A stretch of 64,000 bases of DNA from Amoebidium appalachense (GCA_963693365.1 CAVNZM010000011.1:8483937-8547936); one strand, 5' to 3'; counted from the stretch's first letter, positions 25,611 to 40,242 are shown. Program-made: numbers and translations. The notes: generated from the letters alone by a model not told the origin.

Positions 25611-25734
25611 CCCCTCCCGGCCCTTCCCCCACATATGCCCTTTCCATCACGCACGTGCGCGCATATATACGCACAAACACACACACGTACACACACACAC
25701 ATACACACACAAGCACACACACACGCGCGCGCAT

Positions 25735-25768
<34 letters not shown>

Positions 25769-26488
25769 GCATACCCACCCACATGGCACACACACAAAAA
25801 ACCCCGTCCCCCCCCCCTCCGCCCCCACACACACACACTTTCTTCCCATCACCTCCACCGCCCCCCCCCCCCCCCCCCCCCCCCCCCCACCAATAATAAT
25901 AATAATAATAATAATAAAATGATAATAACACAACCCTCCTCCCCATCCCCCCCCCCCCCTCCCCCCCCCCCCCTGCCCTGCCCCTCTAGTCTTCCGCTTC
26001 CAAAACGCACAGGAAATACTAAACCAATTCTCTGCCGTCGGAGGCCAAATCAACAAATGCATCACCGATCAATTCAGTCTTTTTCCTAGGTGCCCTCTTT
26101 CCATCCATTCTTGCAAAGGGGCTTATGAGTGTTGGGGAGGTATAGGAGCATACTATGACTCTACGTACAACGGGACTACGGAATGTGTTTCTCCCGGGAT
26201 ATTTGTCGTAAATATGGCTACTTCTGATCATAGCGACATACCCTGTCAAGGCGGCGGTGTACTTGCATGAGGGCGTGCCTGGTCATCATATACAGGTAAA
26301 GAAAAAAAAAAGGGGGGGGGGGGGGGGGGGGAAACGGAAAAAAAAGGACAATTAAAAAAAGGGGGGGAGGGGGGGAGGGGAGGGGAGGGAAAGGGTGGTA
26401 ACGTAAATTCTCCCTAATATTCATGTTCTCTGAGTGTGTTTTCCCAAAGCATCTCCCCCCTTCCCCCCCCCCTCTCTTTCTCTCCCCC

Positions 26489-26519
<31 letters not shown>

Positions 26520-27389
26520 AGATTTTCTCTTTCTCTCAGGATGTTCGCATATTCTTTACCCCTCAAAAAGCCCCCCCCCCCCCCCCCCCCCCCCCCCCAC
26601 CAAAAAAAAAAAAAAAAAAAAAACTGCAGAAAACAAAAGTAAGAAAGAGTGTGTGCAAAAATTAAAAAAATAAATAAATACATAACTAATGCTATGGAAG
26701 AGTATTCTGAAACATGCCTAACCGAGCACACATGCCTGATATTTAATACACAGGCAATCAACTGCAATCTGAACCACGTTTTACACCATTATTTACGATA
26801 TCTACAACAATCTTTCTGTTGTTCACGTCACAGGCTACAAACAACATAATAACAAGAAAGAAATTAAGTTTAAAAAAATGAGGCATATCCCTATAGTTGC
26901 AAAATGCTGTTCCCACAGAAACTGGCATGTTATTGAGGAGTGGGATGAGGTGCTGCATGATGCACATTTCGACTGTAAGATGAGAAGGTGTTGGTGTTGT
27001 TGTTCCCGGACTCAGCTCCAGTAGAACCTGTGGGTTTGAAAATGAGTTATGGTCTGAGTTCTCACATGGTCCTTCGTTTGCAAATGCACTGTAGTACTGA
27101 AATGCACTTGGAACAAAAAAAATCAACGGGGGTTTGATTGGGTTTTTCTTTCTTTCTTTCTTTCTTGCTTTCTTTCTTTTGCAGAAGACAGAAACGGAGA
27201 TAAAATTATGAGAGTTGAAGGGGGGGGGGGGGGGGGGGGGGGGGGGAGGAGGGAGGACGGGCGGGCGGGGAGGGAGAGAGGGAGGCAGAGAAGGAGGTAG
27301 AGAGAGAGGGAGGGAGGGAGGGAGGAAGGGAGGGAGAGCCGGAGGAAGGGGGAGGGGGAGGGAGAGAGGGGGAGGGAGGGAGGAAGGGG

Positions 27390-27433
<44 letters not shown>

Positions 27434-27789
27434 GAGAGTGAGAGAGTGGGGGGGGGGGGGGGGGGGAGGGAGAGAGAGAGGAGGGGGGGGGGGAGGGGGG
27501 GAAGGAGGCTTGTGACTGAAGTGGCTGTGTGTGTGAATGAGTCAGGAGTGAGTGAGTTAGAGCGAAAGAAATAGAGAGTGTGCGTGTGTTTGTGTGGGCC
27601 GGGGGGGGAGGGGGAGGGGGGGGGGGGACGGGAGGGGGGGGGGGGGGGGGGGGGGAGGGGGGAAGGGGGGGGAGGAGGTGTTGCTCACCGGGGCCTTCAC
27701 GGTTCCGCCGCACAACATCTGGTTCACGGTACGACAAAAGGTTTTCGTTTCCGTGGGTTAGGTCCAAGTTATGGTTACTCCCAATGTTG

Positions 27790-28248
27790 TCAGAAATCCC
27801 TAAATTCCTTTTGCGCGCATACTCGTAGAATTCATTTTGTTGCTCGATGTACACACATGTCCGTTTTCTGCAGATGGCCGCTTCCGTTACGCTTTCCAAC
27901 CCATCCAATTCCAACCCATCCAACATGTCGAATACAACGTCTCCTTCAGAGGTGTATTCTTTCACGAGGAAGTGCATCGCAGAAACAGGCTTTACGGAAT
28001 TCGCCATCACTTTTCCCGTATTTGGGTGGTTTGGGCGGGTGGGCGCCTCCGTTATAATCACCGGGTGGTCGAGCTTGGTAATAATGGGTGTGGTAGCATC
28101 CGTCACAAAGTTTCCCTGTTTCATCCATAGACATGCAACCAAGATGCCGTAGGTCGAATTCTTCCGGCTTTTTTTCATGTGCACAAGGGTGGTTGTGGTG
28201 ACCTAGTATCCTTTTCCCGTTGCTTCTTCTTCCACCCGTCCGGAGAGC
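27790..28248 (-). pseudogene. Decayed beta-class N4-cytosine/N6-adenine DNA methyltransferase, C-terminal exon
   Basis: NSVKPVSAMHFLVKEYTSEGDVVFDM..SVTEAAICRKRTCVYIEQQNEFYEYARKR parallels the N6_N4_Mtase pattern QKPxxLLxxLIxxYTxEGDxVLDxFxGSGTTxxAAxxxxRxxIGIExxxxYxxxAxxR. In-frame TAG at 28203-28205. A 15-bp tandem duplication (27894-27923) lies in motif I. Branch/acceptor gctaac...aacag is upstream. Confidence 0.7.
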
Positions 28249-28866
28249 CTGTTGATTTGGTGATGTTGGGATGGTCAGGTTAGCATGATAGCAGATACTA
28301 GTGCCCAAACAAAAGAAGCCAACTATTCGCGCTCCATTTTGGCAGGTGGCTAAGCATAGAAGATTAGTTTGGACACCATATTAGCTAATAGTTTGGCTGC
28401 AGCGCTGTCTGCAGGACTATCATTTCTACAAAATAAATTAGTAAAACTTAGAATGTTTTAGGAATGATGTTTTTACGTACACAAAAGCGCTTTTGAGGGG
28501 TGATAACATGGCTACAAATTCAGCCGGTCCGATATACCATTATGCTCGTCAGGCCTAACATGGTGATTTGTATCCCCTTCATTTGGCCCAACTGAATTGG
28601 AGATGAAAGAATACGTGTGGATTTGATGGGAGCAGGCGTAGGTGGGCTTATATGGAATGAGAATGAAGAAGGTGGACAGGAAGGGTATGGAAAAGGATCG
28701 TACGCCTGCGCGGCGCAATTGGAACATAAAACCGTTTCTTTTCTCATGTCACAAGGATTCAAGTTGTTTGGTTGTGGCAGCGCACACAGTTATAACATAC
28801 TACGTATACAGCACACCCCCACCTCCCTCCACACATCCCCCCCCCTCCTCCCCGGCACCTCCTATT

Positions 28867-28916
<50 letters not shown>

Positions 28917-29096
28917 CCCCCCCCCCCTCCCGCCCCCGGCCCCCCTCTCTCTTTCTCTCGCGCTCTCCCTCTCTCTCTCTGAGACTCTCCCTCTCTCCGT
29001 CTCCCTCTCCCTGTCCCTCTCCCTCTCCCTCTCCCTCTCCCTCTCCCTCTCCCTCTGCCTCTCTCTCTCTCTCTCCCCCCCCCCCCCCTTCTCTCT

Positions 29097-29147
<51 letters not shown>

Positions 29148-29229
29148 CCCTCCCTCTCTCTCACAGACACACACAAAGGCTCGGATGCTTTCTCTCGCTC
29201 TATACCCCCCCTCCCGCGCGCACGTGGGC

Positions 29230-29285
<56 letters not shown>

Positions 29286-29295
29286 CTGAGTCTCT

Positions 29296-29369
<74 letters not shown>

Positions 29370-29587
29370 GTTCCGAGTTTCTTTCGCAACCCCCCTCCCC
29401 CCCCTTCTTGTCTCTCTCTCGCTCGTGTTGCTAGAGTGCCTCCATTGAAAGAAACAGAGAGAGACAGAGAGAGAGAGAGGGAGAGAGAGAGTGTGTGTGT
29501 GTGTGTCAGGCTGGAGAGAGAGTGAGTGCCAAAGAGAGTCTGTCTATGATAGCCTGGAGAGCTGGAGACTCGTAGGCACGGGAGAGA

Positions 29588-29629
<42 letters not shown>

Positions 29630-29672
29630 GGGGGAGAGCGACAGAAAGAAGAGAGACTCGACGTTTCGGGTT

Positions 29673-29711
<39 letters not shown>

Positions 29712-30209
29712 GACAGAGAAAGAGAGAGAGTGTGTGCGTGTGTGTGTGCACGTGTGTGATGTGTACATGTGGGATGCAGTCTTGCCAAAACCGGGTGTGT
29801 GGGCGGGAGGGAGGGGGAGGGGGGGTATGTTTTCTTTACTTCAGAGAGTCAATAGGTCTTGTGACCAGCTTTACATTTTTAAATCTATGCATAGTGAAAT
29901 ACCCTAGTCGCCATGAAATACAGAAACAATGAAATCACATGGGCTTAAGGCACCTTAAGAGTTATCAGAGTTCCACCTTGTTCAGTGGATCGATAGGGCC
30001 GCAAAACAACTTGTTCCAAGAGAGAGGTTTATGATGTGCCCTTCATCACGTGACCCCCATCAACCATAATGCGACAAAAACTCCGGTCTTCTTGGTTGAA
30101 AAACTCAGCACGGACAGCCTTTCAACAAAAAAACAGGCCGGGATATTTTCCTGCCTATTTCAACCTGGCTTCGCACCGTCAAAAACTCCCTCCCCTCCCC
30201 TTCCTTCCA

Positions 30210-30241
<32 letters not shown>

Positions 30242-30612
30242 CCCCCCCCTCCCCCTCCCCCCACCCACCCACCCCTTTCGGATCAAAAAAAAAAAAAAAA
30301 AAAAAAAAAAAGCCGGCAAAGATGCCACTTCAGTAGGTTTTGGGTCGTCTCCAAGATGTTAACTCTACATTCAACCCTTACGCTTTGAGATTTCTTAAAA
30401 TTCACCCTGCGGTCTGCTGCCAATGTCAAGCCTCAAGGAGTGTTCTCCCGAGCCAAAATATCATCATATAAAAGGGAAAAAAAGTAGACGTGTCACTTGG
30501 TTTTCTTTCATAGCATCCCACACAAAAACCTCCCAAATCTGCCCCCTGTATATATAAAAGCTTACAAGGGTGGTGAGTGGGGAGGCGTGTCTACACTTTG
30601 AAAAACAAACCC

Positions 30613-30855
30613 TTACCCTACGGTCCAGTTCATGTTTGACTGGTTGTTGCTTGTCAGCTGCGCGCTTGAAGCTCTTGATTTGCTCTGTTTCATCTTCACC
30701 GCCCTTGCATGCTTCACGCCTCTCCCCTCCTCCTCCTGTGCTCTTCTCTCTGCTACCTCCGCTAAAACCTTTCTCCTTTCTTCCGCTGTGATGACTGGTT
30801 GGTCCATGCCATCATCGAACGGTGGGGGCGTTGACCCACAACAGACGTTGCCCAT
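30613..30855 (-). CDS. SVIP: Small VCP/p97-interacting protein, 80 aa
   Basis: MGNVCC myristoylation/palmitoylation-type start, VIM-like EERRKVLAEVAERRAQEEEGRG, C-terminal WTVG. Confidence 0.88.
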   Translation of the reverse strand: MGNVCCGSTPPPFDDGMDQPVITAEERRKVLAEVAERRAQEEEGRGVKHARAVKMKQSKSRASSAQLTSNNQSNMNWTVG

Positions 30856-31370
30856 TTTGAGAGTTTGAATTTCGCTCAATTAGAAAGCACTCTCAATGCT
30901 TTCGTTGTTTTCAAGTAGAAGCGTGTATAAGCGGTGGAACATGTGAGAGGAAAATCTGGCGGTATCAGGCATTCGATTTCAAGAAAACTCGCTGGGGTTA
31001 TCCACCGTTGAAAACCCTTTCAGAAGTGGAGAAGTAGATGTTGTTATCATATTGTGCTTGCTCAGGAAACCACACACCGGATCTACTGGAACCATAAGGT
31101 GCCCTTCTGTTCAGTTCTGTCTTGTGCAAACTATTTTTCAAGTTGTGAGGGAAATAAAACCTCTAGGGCAAGTCCGCTGGGCCGGGTGACACAAGTGCAT
31201 GTGGAGGCCGGGTCGATGTGACGCTTATATTTGACGTTTGGAGCAAAACATATTTTGCTTCGCTCTGCCGCCCTCCGCACCAGTGCGCTGTACGCCAATC
31301 ATAATGGTCTACTTTACATATATGACTATGTTTACAACTATTTGATTTGTTGGTGCATTTGAGTAGCCAA

Positions 31371-31406
<36 letters not shown>

Positions 31407-31650
31407 GGGGAACCCCAACTAATTGATTTCTCCTTGTAGTCTTTATGGTGTCTCGTAGAGAAAGTAAACCCTGATATATAGTCACCACCCGACATCTATG
31501 TACGTGATCATGATATACCGCTGAGGGGATATTCCGAGCAAACCCCCCCCCCCATACCTGAGACTGGTTCTCTTTGCCTCGAGTAAACAGCGTAAACCCC
31601 TAGCCAATATCCAGGCTGTCCCCTCTGTCTCTCTCTCTCTCCCCCCCCCC

Positions 31651-31681
<31 letters not shown>

Positions 31682-32515
31682 AACCAACCCCAACCCCACT
31701 TCAGGCTTCCCTCTTTTCTTCCCCTCTCTGCCCTCCATCCTCCTCTGCCCAACCCCCAATTCACCCACCCACCACCTTCCTCCTTCTTGATTAAAATTTG
31801 CCACCTTCTCGACTTGAACATAGACCGTGTAAACCTTCAAACAGCCGTCTTGGAAATTCCGTATTTATGCACGTATATGCATGCAAGACTTTTCTTGAAA
31901 GCCATGATGCATATGCATGCATGCGCACATGACCGGTGTACGAACAAGTGTATTATTCGTGTAGAAAAACTTGCATAGTTATGTGTGCACCATTATAGGA
32001 AGTGTATATAAATATATCTTTAGCACACGAAGACACGCGTACGCACACCCACACACGTGGCAGCACGTACATGTGTACACGCGTACTCCGGGAGTGCACG
32101 TGCAAACAATTGCCCTCACACACGTGCCGTAGTGTGCACTGAGCGTGCACACATTTTATACAGGGCCACACTTCCCACGTGTATTGTTCACCCATCCAAG
32201 TGTGCCAGCACACACATACTTTCGCTATTAATAATATTCATTTTTATTTCAACAAAAACACAACGTTAAACGGGCTTTAATTCATAAGTAAAGCTGCAGG
32301 TTTCCCTATCATACTGGGGTGAATAGGTATGGCTAAGCAAATTTTTAAACCGAATATTCTAGTTTCAGGGCTTTTTTTTGTTATCGTGAGAGGTACGGTA
32401 CCGAGTCTTGCCTACTGCAACCAGAGTCTTTGTTTCATAGCATACCACTCTTTTCACCATATCAAACCCGGGTTTGTAATGATTATTTATCAATTTACAA
32501 TACTAATAAAATAAT

Positions 32516-33174
32516 CTAGTTATCCAACTGGTCAATATATGCCCTCAGCGCCGCCGACTCGGGCACGTGGGAATGCAGTTTTCTTACAAACGGCACCTCG
32601 TTCCTTCTGGCATCATCTATGATGTATGCCTCCCCCATAGTGAGAACAGTGTTTCCCACCCCGGCGTTACGCACGGAGAGCTTCCCGTGTGTCCAAGACA
32701 TAAAGCAGGGGGTCTGTGGGTGTGTGTGTGGGGGGGGGGAAGGGGCGGGGGGAGGTGTTGGGGGGGGGGGAGAGTGGGAAGAGAGAAGGGCGGGATTGGG
32801 AGGGGGGGGGGGGGGGAGGGGAGAGGGGGGGGCAACGTACGTGAGTGGGGAGGAGGGGGGGGGGGGAGGGGGGGGAGCGGGGGGAGGGGGGAGGGGGGGG
32901 GGGGGGGGTATTGATGCATGTGTTAGTGGTTGAATTTTATTCACGACGGTGAGAAAACAACATGTGAAAATAAAACCCTGGGGGGGAAACTTATATCTAG
33001 CCTCCTGCACACTAACGATTCATTATAAAATCATTGTAAAATGGGGTAGGAAGTTGCACTGTTAGTTTTTATTGTAATATACAGAGGCATCGACGGTTTG
33101 AGCGACAGAGTAAAAGCCTTGGTTTGGGGGGCAAAATGTGGAAGGGGCTTGAGATAGAGAGAAAGAGATGGGAA

Positions 33175-33212
<38 letters not shown>

Positions 33213-33663
33213 TAGTAAGAACGTGGCACAGAGTTCGATGTACACATTCATGACGGACAAAGCAATGCAGATTTGGTGTACCCACACGTAAAAAGACTAT
33301 GCAGGGGTAGGCGAGTGTGTGAGTATGTGTGTGTTTGGGGGAGGGGGGGAGGGGGGGGGGGGGAGGGGGAGGGGGGGGGGGGGGGGGGGGAACAATTTCT
33401 AGCAATACTACTATTATTTCAAGATTGGACAGGGAGGGTTGTGTGCATGTGTATGTGTGTGTGAAGGGGAAGGGGGGGGGGGGGAGGGGGGGGGATGTCC
33501 TGTGGTGGGGGGATCGATGAGTTATATTCACCGTACCCAAGTTTCGACTCATTCAGATCTATTATAACACCCGGCTTGATTGAGCAGTATGTGCGTGTGT
33601 GTGATTTATTTAAGGAGGAAGGGGAGTGGGTGGTTGGGTGGGTTGGGGGGGAGGGAGGGGGGG

Positions 33664-33701
<38 letters not shown>

Positions 33702-35250
33702 ATACCTTGCGAACCACTTCCGCTCTCAAATCCGGATAGCTCATCAAAAACGACCCGAAAAAGTGCTCGTTGGATGAGAAACGAACGTACCGGAACCAAT
33801 AGTAAGCCTTCTTTCCCCTTTCGGAATTTACCATCTCGTTCATGGCTTTCCGGGTGAAAATCCCGTGATTTAGCCCGTAAGTCTTGCACCAGAGGGATTT
33901 TTCGCTCAAAAACCACCACTGTTTTCTCGGAAGCGGTTTTCCGGGATAATGTTTATTTCCTTCGATGCACCGATAGTAGAAACTTCCCGCCCTATCCCAT
34001 AGATGGTGTGGGGGGGGTCCCAAATGGGGTTCGGAAACGTTTAGGCATTCGCCGTTTTCGGGAAATTTTGCGTGCGGGGTGTATGAGTCGAGGGGAAGCT
34101 GCCCCGGGACCCACGAGTAGGGGCCGGTGCGTACTAGAAGGTCGTGGAAGGTAGATATGTTGTAGACCGGATAGTCGCTGCCTCCGAGGGGCACAAAGAA
34201 TTCCCAGTTCTAGATAGGTTTTGGATAGTTAGAAAAAAGAAAAAAAAAGGAAATTGATATGTGCTCTTTTTAAAGTTAAGAGACTGAAAGGATGTTTTGG
34301 TCATCTTTCGTAGAAACAAAGGAAAACTGGCGGCGGTGGTGGGAGGAGACCGGGAGGGAGGGGGAGGGGGGGGGGGGGGGAGGGGAGGGGGGGGAGAGGG
34401 AGGGGGGGAGGGAGGGAGGGGGGGGGGAAGGGGGGCGTGGTTTAAATGCTATAACGTCGGGGGATTAGTGGATGTGATTTAATCGAACACAAAAAGGAAT
34501 AAAAAGAAGGTGAGTTCCCGTCCTTCCTTCCTCCTTCCCCCCTCCCTCCCCCTCCCCCTCCCCCTCCCCCTCCCCCTCTCCCAATACTTCCCTGAGGGAG
34601 AGGGGGCGTCGTGAGGGGATTAGGGGGGGGGGGGGGGGGGGGGGGGGGATATCTAGTGTGCAACCGAGCACCAATCACAGATTCATGCGGGTAACTTTAA
34701 TGATTTGCAGAAACTGCACACACAAGATGTGCGGGCCGGGAGTGGGAGAGAGGGGTGGGGTGGGGGGAAGGGAGAGGGAGAGGGGCAGCAGGGTGGGGTG
34801 GGGGGAAAGGAATGATACTGTGTAGAGAATGAAGCATGAAATCACGACATAAAATATAATGAAGGTAAGAGGTGGGATTTGGAGTGGTGGGGCCAGAGAC
34901 CGGGAGGGGGTTGGGAGGGGGGGGGGAAGATGGGGGAGGGGGGGGGGGGGGGAGGGAGGGGCCGGGGGGAAAGTAGAATGTGTTACATATCCGTTTGGGG
35001 GAGGGGGGGGGAGGGGGGGGGAAGGAGGAGGGGTCCAAAACGAACCTCCCACTCTTCCAAGAAATACTTTGCAACCGCCAACATAAATTCAATGTCCATT
35101 GCAGACCCGTAGACAACGTTCCCCCAGTCTAGGAGGAAGGCGTTGGGGTGTTGGGAGACCAGCTGCTTCATCTCCTGGCGGAAGGAGTCGTCCGAGTCTG
35201 GGCTGATCTGGATGATGTATATGTGCTGGCGGTGATATATTCTTTTTTTT

Positions 35251-35281
<31 letters not shown>

Positions 35282-35539
35282 GGGGGGGATGGGGTGGGTG
35301 GGGGGGGGGGGGGGGAAGTGGGGGGTGGGTGGGGGGAGGGGGGGGAGGGGCGGGTAAGGATGCTTTAGAGAGTAAGAGGTACACATTTGTTTTGTTGTTT
35401 GGTGATGGTGGGTGAGTGGGGGAGGGGGGGAGGGGGGGGGGGGGGGGGGGGGGGGGGTTGTAGACGTGTGTGTGTGGGTGTTTGCGTGTGTGTGTGTGTG
35501 TGTAGGGGGGGGGGGGGGTGCACTTTTGTGCGTGCGTGC

Positions 35540-35622
<83 letters not shown>

Positions 35623-35765
35623 CGCACACACATGTGAGGGTTTTTGTGTGTGTGTATGTGGGTGTGTACGGGCGTGTGTTTGTTGGTGTGTGCGCACACA
35701 TGTGTTCATGATCCTTCGGGTGTGAGTTTAGGGATGGGGTGGTGCCCGTGGTGGCGGTAGTGTGT

Positions 35766-35817
<52 letters not shown>

Positions 35818-37033
35818 GACCGTCAAGGTATGGGGCAAGTTTGGGGTAAAAACTGCCTTTGTATATTGAGAGGGGGGATATGGGTGTAAAGTGGTATTAT
35901 CTTCCCCCTCCCCCCTCCCCCCCCCCCCCCCCCCTCCCTGTTTCCGTTTCTCCCCTGGGGCTTTCAGCTTCCCCCCTCCTAAGCTCTCGTTGCCATCAAC
36001 TCACACACATCTCTTTCTTTGACTCAGTGATACCCAGAACTGCACCAATAACCACACCGAATAAGACCAAAAGTTACTCTTACCCCACACCCCACCTTTC
36101 CTTTGGCCCAACTCAAGCCCCTCCCCCTCCCCCATCCCCCCCCCCCCCCCCCCTCCGCCGGCATGCCCTCGCTTTTTCCTGGTGGCGTCCAACTACCCTG
36201 AATGTTCATCATCTCCATACACGTTTTTCCGGCAGCCTGGGGTAGAATGGAGGATTTTCTATTCTTCTTCTTATTATTATTTTTTTTTTTGGGGGGGGGG
36301 GGGGGAGGGAGCGGGGAGGTGGGGAGGGGGGGGGGGGGGGGGGGGGGGCAGAGGAGGGGAGGGGAGGGGGGTTGGGTGGGTTTTGGGGGAGGGGGGGGGG
36401 GGGGGGTTGATGGGTGGGTGGGGGCTACCTGTTAAAGAGTGCCCGCACTTGCTCCCCGTCCATAAACGCCATAATCAGAAACGCTATTTTCGGAACATTT
36501 TTCTCTTGTGGTAGCTTTTGCAGCATTTTGATTGGATGCTCCCCGGGTAAGATACCCATGGCCTCGACGGGGAAAGTGGGCATCTCGAATTTGTTAAAGT
36601 CACACAAACCCTCGGACGCCAGAAATTCCGTTTTCAGTAATTCCTCCAAGTTTGAGAGGCACTTTTCCCACCCTCCGTTCCTGCTCTTTACCGTCAATCC
36701 CGCAGTGTAGTTTCCCATGCTCTCGTTAATGTATCTTTCCATATTAGGTGCAAAATCGTTCGGGAGGAAACAATGTTTCACCGGCCACGTACCATCATTA
36801 TTATCATAATTGGAAATGTCTCGTTCAACATATGTGCCGTTAACGAATGGCCTTGCGGGGCCATACCGCATTAGGTAAAACACGGGCATAACAATGTTTT
36901 CTTTAACCATTAGGGGGAGAAAGTTAAGTATAATTAAAGAAAAGAGTAGAACTGGTATGATATATCCGTTGTGTAGAAGCCCACGTGGCATCCATCGAGT
37001 TTGTCCGTACCGTTTTTTCCCAATTTCCGACAT
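32516..37033 (-). CDS. Glycosyltransferase family 14 (core-2/I-branching, xylosyltransferase-like), type II membrane, ~500 aa
   Basis: Exons 37033-36429, 35241-35046, 34209-33706 and 32713-32516 are in phase. N-terminal TM; [52 protein letters not shown]. Extra small exons are not excluded. Confidence 0.85.
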
Positions 37034-37194
37034 TTTTGCCGATTCTGGTCGTGGTGGTGGTAGTGGTAGTCGCTACGTTAGCCTGTAGGTGCGCGCGCAT
37101 GCGCGCGTGTGTGGGTGGGTGGGTGGGTGGGTGGGTGGGTGGGTGGGTGGGTGTGAGTGTGTGTGAGTGTGTGTGTGTGTGTGTTTGTGTATGT

Positions 37195-37230
<36 letters not shown>

Positions 37231-37240
37231 GTGTTTGCGT

Positions 37241-37271
<31 letters not shown>

Positions 37272-37781
37272 GGGGGGGGGCGGGTGTAGGTGTGTGTGTG
37301 TTGTGCCTCAGCGTGGGTGAGAGACACATTGTAGGTGTGTGTTGCGATGTGTGGTTGTGTGGGTATGTGTGTCAGTGTGTGGCACAATGTCTTGTTTGTT
37401 TGCAGGCGTGGCTTGTAGTGTTGGTGTGTTTCGCATGCACGCGTGCATATGTGTTTTTTGTGTGTGTGCTGTGAATGTGCTTGTTTGTGATGTGTGTGTG
37501 TGTGTGTTCGTGAGCGAGTGTGTGAGTGTGTGCTTGCATGTGTGCACGTGTGCGTCAAGGTGTATGCATGCGGGTGGCTTAGGGTAATTCGTGTGTGTCA
37601 ACCTGTGTGTGTTTGGTGGATTTGAGAAGGATGAAAGGACAAAATGGATGGAATTAATTTCGCGTGCGGTCCACGCGTGCATGTATGTGGCAGGGTTTAT
37701 GCAAGTTACTTGTGCGTTTACAAGTGGGTGTTTGGTACCTGCGTGTTTGGTACCTGGGTGTTTGTGTGTGTGTGTGTGTGT

Positions 37782-37924
<143 letters not shown>

Positions 37925-37962
37925 TGTGAGAGTGCATGTGTGTGTGTGTGTGCCTGCATGCG

Positions 37963-38012
<50 letters not shown>

Positions 38013-39409
38013 ACAGACTGTGTGTGTGTGTGTGTGTGTGCGTGTGTGTGCGTGCGTGCGTGTGTGCGTGTGTGTGTGTGTGTGCAAGCGCTTGACAGTA
38101 TACGTGTGTGTCTCCCTTCATGTGTGTGTCAGTGTGGACATAAGCATTCGTCTGTGTGTGTGCATATGCAGCACGGCGTTGTTGGATGTGTATGTGTATG
38201 CAAAATTCATTGGCGCCTGTGCGTGCCCATGTATATGTGTGTTTTCTTGTGTACATGTGTGTGTCTGCGTATGTGTGTGCTCCGCCATGTGTGGACGTGA
38301 CCTATCATCCGCTGGCTCTCCCGTAACCATTTTAGTTGTATGGTACCTCTCCCTACCTTCTTATTCGATACTGCTTAGGCTTCAACAGTGATGCTGTTTG
38401 TATCCATCAGAAAACGAAACAAACGGAAGGTTATCATAAGTGGCTGGCAGTTTTTCTTTGACAGTGTTAACGTTTGTTGCACTATTCGGAGGCCATAGAT
38501 CTGTCGGTTCTGCTGGTACAAGGAAAAAAAGGTGGCCTTCTTAGGCCCGCAACATAGGAAGCAAACAGTTGCCTAGTTGTATGTCCCACGCACCTTCGAC
38601 AACGCAGCCAAAATACTGCTGTAGACCGGTGGCGATTTATGATTGGTGGACTTAAAAGCGGCCGCCGAATCAGCGTGTTCTTGCCAACTTGGCCTGGGCT
38701 GGTACTGGGAATGTTTTGCAAACGTTTGTATGAATGATGTAATACTTAAACAGAATGCGCACTTTATTATGAACCATATAAATCGGTATGCGGGGCTCCC
38801 GCTCCGTCTACTGTTTTTTTTTTTCCAGGCACTGACAGGGGAGAAACTTTAGCCAGCGGCGGCCGGCTGCGACGCCGCAACACCAAGCGTCCGATATCAT
38901 TGGTGAACAATCAAATATTTATCTTACCGCATGGTTCAGAAAGTGTTTGATTGGATGTTTCTGTAAGTGCCACGATCGACCGATCATGACGACGGTCACG
39001 ACGGCCCTGGGGCCGGCCCTCGATGTTACCAACATGGACTCGCCATGTACTGTACATGTGTTTCAGTAGTAGTATGTTTTCGATTTTTTCAAAGTAATTA
39101 TTTCCGCATGTGTTTGGCTTTTGCGTCACCGTATCTAGTAAGTGCGCCGCTTTCAACGTGTTCGAAGGCCCACTAAATCCTGTGACCGTTGAATATTTGC
39201 GTGGCGGTGCACGTGGTGGTTGGTGGTGTGCGGTTATCTGTGTGTGCGCGCGCGTGTGTGTGCGGGTGTTTGTGCGTGTTTCTTTGTGTATTTTGTGTGT
39301 GTGTTTGTGTGTTTGTGTGTGTGTGTACGTGTGTGCGCGGGCGGGCGCGCGCGCGCGTGTGTGTGTGTCACTGTGTGTGTGTGCTTGTGTAAGTGCGTGT
39401 GTGTGAGCT

Positions 39410-39483
<74 letters not shown>

Positions 39484-39627
39484 CTGGAGGGGAATGGGGT
39501 TGAGAAGGGGGAAAACAGGATTGTGTGTGTGTGTGGGGGGGGGGGGGGGGGGGGGGGGTGCGCACTTGTATGGATTTCCCTGTGAGCCTGTGTGTGTCTG
39601 TGTGTGTGTGTGTGTGCGTGTGTGCTT

Positions 39628-39658
<31 letters not shown>

Positions 39659-39690
39659 CGTGCGTGCATGTGTTTGTACATGTGTGTGTA

Positions 39691-39734
<44 letters not shown>

Positions 39735-40211
39735 GGTGGGTGGGTGGGTGGGTGGGTGGATCGGTGGGTGGGTGGGCTCGTGTGGGTTTGACGGTGTGGG
39801 TGCGTGTGGGTGCGCATGCGTGTGTGCGCATGGTGTGTTGGAGCGTGTCTGTGTGTGTGCGCGGTGGCAAGTGTGTGTGTGTGTCTGTGTCACCCAGGGG
39901 GGGTGGGAGGGGGGAGGGGGGGGGGGAAAGCACATAGTAGCAAGTCACAGTGATTCTGTAGCACTATTCTATGACCGGCTGATTGGGAGCATATGTTCCG
40001 CATCCCCACTTTATATCACGGTTGGCAACACGTTGGGCTGAGAATCATTATATCACGACGTCCAAAATGACTGAGCTAAGATATATACCCCCCACCCTTT
40101 CCACCCCTGCCCGGCCCCCCCACCCCAAACCCCCCACTGACTCTCCTACCCCCATCGGCAAGATAGGACAAAATGGCATTCGAAGAGTCACTAAGAGAGG
40201 GAAAGGATGAT

Positions 40212-40242
<31 letters not shown>

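Noticed and set aside
28512-28762. Possible catalytic motif IV exon of the methyltransferase (RILSSP)
   Set aside because: No SPPY/DPPY motif; the similarity is too weak.
33500-33600. Extra exon in the GT14 gene
   Set aside because: Direct exon 3-to-last-exon splicing is in phase and reads naturally (EVVRK/TPCFMSW).
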